From Blastocystis sp. Blastoise (lineage: Eukaryota; Protista; Bigyra: Opalinata), in assembly GCA_039096225.1 (NCBI GenBank), contig JBBPEB010000004.1, positions 1,240,001 to 1,304,000 of the forward strand: a stretch of 64,000 bases of DNA, in the 5' to 3' direction. The position numbers and the translations under genes are program-made. Positions 57,658 to 64,000 of the stretch are shown one piece after another. Position 1 is the stretch's first letter; the number at the start of each line of letters is the position of its first letter. The notes below the pieces were generated by a model, which saw only the letters and a program-made list of their open reading frames with translations, made no database searches and had not been told where the DNA came from.

Positions 57658-59265
57658 TATTCATATAATTAATATTCCTTAGACTGAATATGGTCAGTAG
57701 CAATCATTAATAGATTGCTATCAGGTTCAATTCCTGATCTAAGGTTGTATACTATATTTTTTATAAAAAAATTTAAATGTTTTTTCCCTATAGGTATTCT
57801 CATTCATTAGAACCAATATGAATAAATACATTGAGTTTCATGCAATTGAATCAACTCTATACGTCGTTAGTCGCTCTTTTATAATAATTTTAGATACCTT
57901 TACTTAAAACCAAACACATTCACAATTACAATCACCCAAAATTATCTAGTCATTATTTTGTTGAGTTATGTATCCTATTCATCAATTTTACACACAAATA
58001 AAAAATAAATATTCATCAATAATATCTTGAAGTCTATAAACACGCAATACATTATTTGTTTATACTCTTAAAAGGCATTTCTACTGTTTATATTAATATG
58101 ATTGACACTAAGAATCATTTCTAACCAACTTTAAAAACTTTTGAAGAACCTTAACAAATTTACATTACCTAAAAAACTATTATAATCAACTTTGGCTTAT
58201 ACGAGTCATGATTAAATTTAAATTATTAATAGAAATTCATAATAAAGGCATTCTATCTCAACATATCACCAAGAGAAATCAATTATGTTTGTAACTTCCC
58301 TAAAATTAAATTAATTACTAAAAGACGTATTTTAATTAATGTAGAATTCAAATTCAAACACACATAAACTCATCATTTCTGACAATTTTACACATTTAGA
58401 CAATCTAGTGAGTATCACATAATCAACTAATTCTTGTTGTCTTCATCAAGTCTAACGATTTCCTTATGACAAGAAGCATCAATTTTATTTTATTCAACAC
58501 TCTATAAATAATTAATCAATTAACTAATTTTATTTACTTAAATACATACTCCAATAACAACAACAAGACATCAGGAGTGAGAATAACTGATTAAACTATT
58601 TAAATAAAATAATTAATAATAAAAAGTAGAAATATTAGGATTTTAATAATTTTTAATAAGTTAATTTATAGTGAAGTTTCAATAATCATATAAAAAATAT
58701 GATTAATTTAGCTTTTGTATGTTCTAAGCATATATCTATCTATATATAGTCCCTAGGAGTATATTAGAGTACCTTCCAGTCTCCATTGGCAGATTGATCT
58801 AAACTGGTATGTTCTCTTTCTCTATTATGAGCTAATCTAGGTGATGTAAAGTGGTTGTACTAGATGGTCAGCTATTGTGTCGTGGTTATAAATGGGATGA
58901 TGTGACGTCACCATATAAAACTATTTCTTTAGGTTTTATCAATGAGTGGGAAATGCTTGGCTATGTTAACTGAGCGTTGCTTGAAACTTTCAAAAAATCA
59001 ATTGGTCAAATGTCTAAACAGATTTGTCTTGAATCATACAGAATCATGATCTATTCACATAATCACTACATCTACAATTCAAATATTCATATTTGAAGTT
59101 ACTTGGTTTAACTCATATTCTGATTCTAGATGTATATATTTTCTACATTTTTTTTATATAAATATAATTATATAATTATATTAATGTTTATATAGGTTGT
59201 TATATAGCTATTAAATCTAGTTCTTGCTTTTCTTGTCACTAAATTCTTGGTTCTTCTCTTTTATG

Positions 59266-59296
<31 letters not shown>

Positions 59297-59451
59297 TATT
59301 ATTAACTTCTTATGTTTTGATTTTATAATATAAATTTCTTAATTTTTGAAAATTATTTCTATTTATACATATTATTAGTTTCTTCTATGTACTTATTTGA
59401 AGTTTTTATTAATATTAATTTATGCACTTTTTTCTTTTTTTTTAATTATAT

Positions 59452-59488
<37 letters not shown>

Positions 59489-61606
59489 CTATTTCTATAT
59501 ATATTTGGTTTTCTTTTTGTCTATATTTGCCTTCTTTTCCATTTTATTCTTATTAATTTCTTTGTTATACTTTATATTTTTCTTATAGTCATCGTGTTGA
59601 TTCGGGTAATTGTTACTACTATTAATACTACTCAATATCACATTTCATTATATAATATACCTTTTTTCTTTAGTTCTTACTTATCATTCTCCTTACATTC
59701 TTCTTATCTTTCCTTTTTGTGTTCTCCTTCTATAATTACATCTTCTCTTCATTTCCACCTCTATATCTTAATCTTCTTGTTCTTCTTCATTTTCTTCTTA
59801 TGTCATTACTTCCTTTTCATATCTTTCCACTTCTACTTTTCTATTCGCTATTCCTTTTAATTCTTCATCTAGACGTTCTTTCTATATTCCTTTTTCTTTT
59901 ATATATCCTTATTCCCCTTCTCCTTTTCTGTCTCCAATATTCTTTTCCTACTCGTTCTTCTTCATCTATTTATCCTTATGCTTCTATATCTTGTATATAC
60001 CATTCTTTTGCTTCTCAATCTCAATCTCCTTCTCTCAATCTCTTCTGTATCTCTTCTTCTTCCTCTTCTTCTATATATCCTTATTCCCCTTCTATATCTT
60101 ATATATATCTTTATTCTTCTTCTATATCTTATATATATCCTTCATCTTCTATATATCCTTCGTCTTTATATTCTTTTTCTCTCTATATATCCTTCGTATA
60201 TATATTCTTTTTCTCTCTATATATCCTTCCTCTGCATTCCTTCTTCTATTTGCCATTATTCTTCTTATACATTTTATCTATATCATTCTCCTCCTATGTT
60301 TTCTATTTTTTCTATATATCCTTATTCTTATCTTTCCTCTTCTATATATCGTTTTTCTTCTATATATCTTATTTTTGCTTCTTCTTCTATATATCTTTCT
60401 TCTTCTTCTATTTATTGTTCTTATTCTTCTGTATCCTCTATTTATCATTATTTTCCATAGTATTCTTCTACTGTATCTTCTTCTTGTCTCTTTCTTCTTC
60501 TTAAATATCTCCTTCTTCTCCTTCTTTTCTTCTATATCTTCAATATACCTTTCTTTATCTATATATTTTGATGTTCATTATTTCTCTATATATCTTTATT
60601 CTCCATATTCTTCCGTATCTTCTTCTTCTTTTTATGCTTCTCTTTATTCTCCTTCTATATATCTTTCTTTTCCTTCTTTTCCTTCTCAGTCTCCTTCTCT
60701 TCATTTTATCATTCTCTTTCTCTCTATCTCTATCTCTTTCTATTTCTATATCTTCTATATGTACTTTTTCTTCTTCTTCTTCTATATATCATTATTTTCC
60801 TCCTCCTCCTACTCTTCCTTCTTCTTTTATCATCATTCTTCTACTTCTTCTATCATTTCCTTCTTCGATTTCGATATCTCTATATATCATTTTTCTCCTT
60901 CGTCTTCTCCTTCTTTACTCTTTATATTATTCTAATTTTATTCCTTTTCATCTATTTCCTCTTTATCTCAATATTCTCTCGATTTATTACACATAATATC
61001 AATTATATATATATATATATATAATCTTTTATACTCTTTTTCTTTCATCATATACTATCTTTTTTCCTACATTTACACTTGTACTTCCTATGTGTACTCT
61101 ACTTATATTTTTATTTCCTTCTTAATTTATTCTCCCTTGTTCTTCTTCTAACTCTCTTCTCTATCTGTTTTCTCTTCTTCTCCTATACATGACTTTTTAT
61201 TATCCATCTATCTTTCTTTTCTTCTTACCTTCTTATCTTATTTTTTACTCGCTTCCTATTCTTATTCTTCTTCTTTATATATATGCTTTTTATTCTCTAT
61301 CCTATTAACTAACTCCTCCTTCTTCTTCTTCTCATTTACTTAATATTTTTCTTTTTCCTAATTTATTTTCCTATATTCTTCATATTCATGTTTTCATTTT
61401 TTTATATTCAATTCCTATCTTTTATCATCTTATATCTATATATATACTTCTCTCCATATTTAAACTATTTCTATCTACTATACTAATTAATATAGTATTT
61501 ATTTTTATTAATAAAAAGATTTTATCCTTTTTATTTCTTATTTATACTTATTATTTTATATGTTTCTTGTTTATATATTTAATTTATATATTAAAATAAT
61601 TTTTTC

Positions 61607-61650
<44 letters not shown>

Positions 61651-63154
61651 GCAACAGTAATATGTATTCTATTTGATAAATATATATGAAAGAGATAAGT
61701 ATATATTTATATATCTATATTATTGATTCATCTTTTTTAGATATATATATTAAATATTGTATTTTATTATTATTTATTATTACTCTTATGCTCTATAAGG
61801 TGAGAGGCTATCATAATTCGATAACAATCAGGTTCAACTCCTGACATAAGTCATTCTATATATATATATATATTTTTTTTTATTTAATAAACGTTTTAAT
61901 TATATGTTCTTTTTACACTTATTAATGTATTTATTAAATTATTTATAGCTCTTCATCCTTCAAAACTTCATAGTTTCTGAAATGAGTTGTAATCTGTTTT
62001 ATTCTCAAAAGTGTAGCTTATTCAAAATATGTTTGAATTGAGTTAAATACAGTTTTAAAACTTAGATTCATTTTTTATTTTCAAAATATACTCAAATACA
62101 GAGTATATTCAGCAATCATTAATACTTTAACGACTGTAGTTTATTATTTTTAACTGAATTCTGGTCAGTATACTCAATACAAACAACTAAGTACAATACA
62201 TACGTATTCATGATTTTTAAACAACATTTTTCCATTTCGACATTTACTTGATCCATTATAAAACTATTTGTCCTTTTGATATAGTAAAGAAAAACGAATA
62301 CCATATACCAAACAAAACGTTTTAACTTGAATCTCGTCATCTATTAAATATTTTTCTTAATCAATTCACAGTTCATACTCTTAAAACAGTTATTTAAGAT
62401 TAATATTTATGTATTTGTCCTTATACAATATTTTCATGACACTGTAATAATATATATGAAAATTAAAAGAGTCAAGAAAATCTGTTAATTATCAAAAAAT
62501 AAGTTCTATTTACTAAAATCATATTTATAAGATTTATAAACTTATACCATATAAAAACATAGCTCTTATATAAAGTATTGGCTGAATTAGTTTATTTGTA
62601 AGTAAATTAAAAGTATGTTATATAACGTAATTTTAGGTTACTCTTTTTAATCAGATTTATTTCATAGCTATTTATGGTTTATTTGTCTGTTAATCTTATT
62701 TTTTAAAACAATTACAGACAATTATATTATGATCCTTGTCTATTAAGTTATTTTATTGAATTAATAGTATAAATAAAAGTTATATAACAAAATAAATGTA
62801 TATATTGATTAAAATAAGGAATGAATATAAATAAATAAAAATAGATAAAATTGCCAAAAAGCAAATTCTTAGAATTATATAGTACAATAGACGAACTTCT
62901 AATAGAAACTTAAAAATCGATTGATTGGATCAAATAGTCAAATCCTAACGTCATAATATGAATTATTCTTTTCATTTTTTATTAATTTAAATTCTTGAAA
63001 TACATCTAATAAACACGGTTATTATATAAATTAATACGATTGGACAACGAAATCAAAATGTTAACAGAAATTTTTGGGTATTTCTAACAAATCATACAAA
63101 AAATTGGGTATGTATACAAATCAATAGGGAAATCTGGGTATTTCTAACATTTTT

Positions 63155-63225
<71 letters not shown>

Positions 63226-63766
63226 TTTTCATTAGGGAATGCTTTGATCGCTTACATTCAGCTATATATATAGTATAGTATATATATATATATTAGTATA
63301 TAATATATATGCATATACCATTATTTGAAGTATGATTCAATTCATTATCTATATATATAGTGTTGATATATAATGTTATATATATATACCTTCGGTCAAT
63401 GGTTTTGATCCTGAATCTATATATATATTATAATATGATATAACATAATATAATATTATATATACATTGAATCAATGGTTTTAATCCTGAATCTATATAT
63501 ATAATAAGTATAATATAATATAATATAATATAATATAATATATACCTTGAATCAACGACTTTGATCCTGAATCTATATATATAATATAATATAATATAAT
63601 ACATATATATAATATTATATATATATATACCTTGAGTCAATAGCTTTGATCCTGAATCTATATATATAATATAATATAATATAATACATATATATAATAT
63701 TATATATATATATACCTTGAGTCAATAGTTTTGATCGTGAATCTATATATATAATAAGTATAATAT

Positions 63767-63837
<71 letters not shown>

Positions 63838-63861
63838 GAGTCAATAGTTTTGATCGTGAAT
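41587..63861 (-). CDS. Micro-exon gene of Helitron B (Ser/Lys/Asn-rich, 5'-incomplete); one intron holds the 20.4-kb MULE
   Basis: Phase-1 exons: six 27-nt units (63861-63390), 63348-63319, 63261-63226, 42750-42688, 42646-42563, 42089-42018, 41964-41893, 41854-41756 and 41714-41587 splice into one stop-free frame ending ..PVSSPEYY*. Confidence 0.7.
42789..42934 (+). repeat. MULE left terminal inverted repeat with TACCCA motifs every ~30 bp
   Basis: TACCCA at 42805, 42835, 42864, 42895 and 42925; full TTGTTAGAAATACCCA every ~60 bp. Confidence 0.85.
43449..46805 (+). CDS. MULE/MuDR-family DDE transposase, apparently intact, 6 exons
   Basis: ATG 43449; all GT-AG junctions keep frame. N-terminal CxxxxC..W..HxxxxxC DNA-binding finger. 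Catalytic FMDGTH, FSDMDKG..CAFH and AESFN. SWIM finger CSCSIFQYQGYPCIH. AT-hook-like RKSGRPSK. Confidence 0.93.
47107..53450 (+). repeat. 6.3-kb strand-asymmetric polypurine (GAA/AAG/TAG-rich) tract ending in (GAATGAA)n
   Basis: Strongly C-depleted + strand. Internal duplication of ~49.0-49.5 kb at ~50.86-51.3 kb; three 23-bp tandem units near 52280. ORFs here are compositional artefacts. Confidence 0.9.
53570..57800. other. Divergent sets of short GT-AG-bounded exons (minus ~54.2-53.6 kb; plus ~54.5-57.8 kb) without a sustained ORF: putative lncRNAs or decayed genes in the MULE cargo
   Basis: Repeated TATAG|block|GTAT pattern around a GC-richer 54240-54460 centre. The spliced + frame hits TAG within 16 codons. 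Confidence 0.4.
57677..57744 (+). ncRNA. tRNA-like (mascRNA-like) cloverleaf, copy B
   Basis: CCTTAGA-CTGA(ATATGG)TCAG-TAGCAATC(ATTAATA)GATTGCTA-TCAGG(TTCAATT)CCTGA-TCTAAGG-T; all four stems are fully Watson-Crick. Confidence 0.85.
59600..61420 (+). repeat. Polypyrimidine (CTT/TCT-rich) tract upstream of tRNA-like copy C
   Basis: Strongly G-depleted + strand; F/S/L/Y-only ORFs are artefacts. Confidence 0.9.
61785..61850 (+). ncRNA. tRNA-like (mascRNA-like) cloverleaf, copy C
   Basis: CTTATG-CTCT(ATAAGGTG)AGAG-GCTATC(ATAATTC)GATAAC-AA-TCAGG(TTCAACT)CCTGA-CATAAG-T. Confidence 0.7.
62190..62400 (-). repeat. Inverted unit of the ~244-bp repeat inside the MULE
   Basis: The reverse complement contains GACGAGATTCAA (62327-62338), identical to 30694 and 34843, with colinear flanking similarity. 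Confidence 0.6.
63066..63156 (-). repeat. MULE right terminal inverted repeat
   Basis: TGGGTA at 63075, 63105 and 63135 (30-bp period); TGGGTATTTCTAACA twice. Confidence 0.85.
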
Positions 63862-63866
63862 CTATA

Positions 63867-64000
63867 TCATTACTATTATAAAGCAAATAGGCAAAAAAAT
63901 TCCCATTGGTCAGTTTTTGGAAAATTCATTTGATTGGCTACTATATACTAGAGTTTGTACCCACAACTCCTCTAAACTTACGGGGAGTTAACTTTTGGTT
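63867..64000 (+). mobile_element. Second copy of Helitron family A, 5' end (runs off the window)
   Basis: A|TCATTACTATT...; 134 bp match 29531 onward with 2 mismatches; inserted 5 nt from a splice acceptor of the micro-exon gene. Confidence 0.85.

Larger units (their letters stand above)
42789..63156 (+). mobile_element. Giant (20,368 bp) Mutator-like element inserted in a (TA)n microsatellite
   Basis: Imperfect TIRs GAGGCATTGTTAGAAATACCCA... and ...TGGGTATTTCTAACATTTTTCC. TATATATAT on both flanks fits an odd-length (9-bp) TSD. Contains a MULE transposase; the host reading frame resumes on both sides. Confidence 0.88.
35040..64000 (-). mobile_element. Autonomous-type Helitron B; 3' end at 35040, 5' end probably beyond the window
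   Basis: Minus-strand 3' terminus GCATCGGC-GAA-GCCGATGC hairpin, 6 nt, then CTAG|T, 280 bp downstream of the RepHel stop. Upstream minus-strand exons continue to 63861. Confidence 0.85.

Noticed and set aside
57677-57744. Canonical tRNA-Leu(TAA) or a stop-suppressor tRNA
   Set aside because: No U8/R9 linker, 8-bp third stem, no variable loop, and the anticodon loop is not conserved across the three copies.
59397-60996. Overlapping hydrophobic ORFs up to 314 aa
   Set aside because: Artefact of the polypyrimidine tract, which lacks stop codons in all frames.
63390-63861. CRISPR-like repeat-spacer appearance
   Set aside because: Eukaryotic context, no cas genes, spacers are low-complexity (TA)n, and the repeats carry AG/GT splice boundaries.

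Overview
Very AT-rich, intron-dense eukaryotic (protist-like) DNA. The BTB-TLDc gene, short AT-AC minor introns and TTAGGG repeats would fit a Blastocystis-like stramenopile, but that is inference. The left half (1-28.6 kb) holds host genes: a BTB-TLDc gene with an in-frame TGA, a multi-exon gene of unknown function, and an 18.6-kb gene for a giant type-I surface protein (signal peptide, fibro-slime/PA14-like domain, Ig/filamin-like repeats, Cys-rich repeats, TM, low-complexity tail) that carries at least six U12-type AT-AC introns. A short interstitial (TTAGGG)n tract and a 5S rRNA gene mark the boundary to a nested transposon stack (29.5-64 kb). A + strand Helitron (5' TC end at 29531) is interrupted by an intact minus-strand RepHel Helitron (hairpin-CTAG 3' end at 35040). 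That element's micro-exon gene has a 20.4-kb Mutator-like element (MULE) in one (TA)n intron and a second copy of the first Helitron in another intron (63867). The most novel signal is a 66-68 nt, linker-less, mascRNA-like tRNA cloverleaf present in three copies with compensatory stem changes (31469-31535 on -, 57677-57744 and 61785-61850 on +). Each copy lies downstream of spliced, apparently non-coding exons; two follow pyrimidine tracts and precede a ~244-bp repeat. The module is shared between the Helitron interior and the MULE cargo. All gene models and folds were read by eye.
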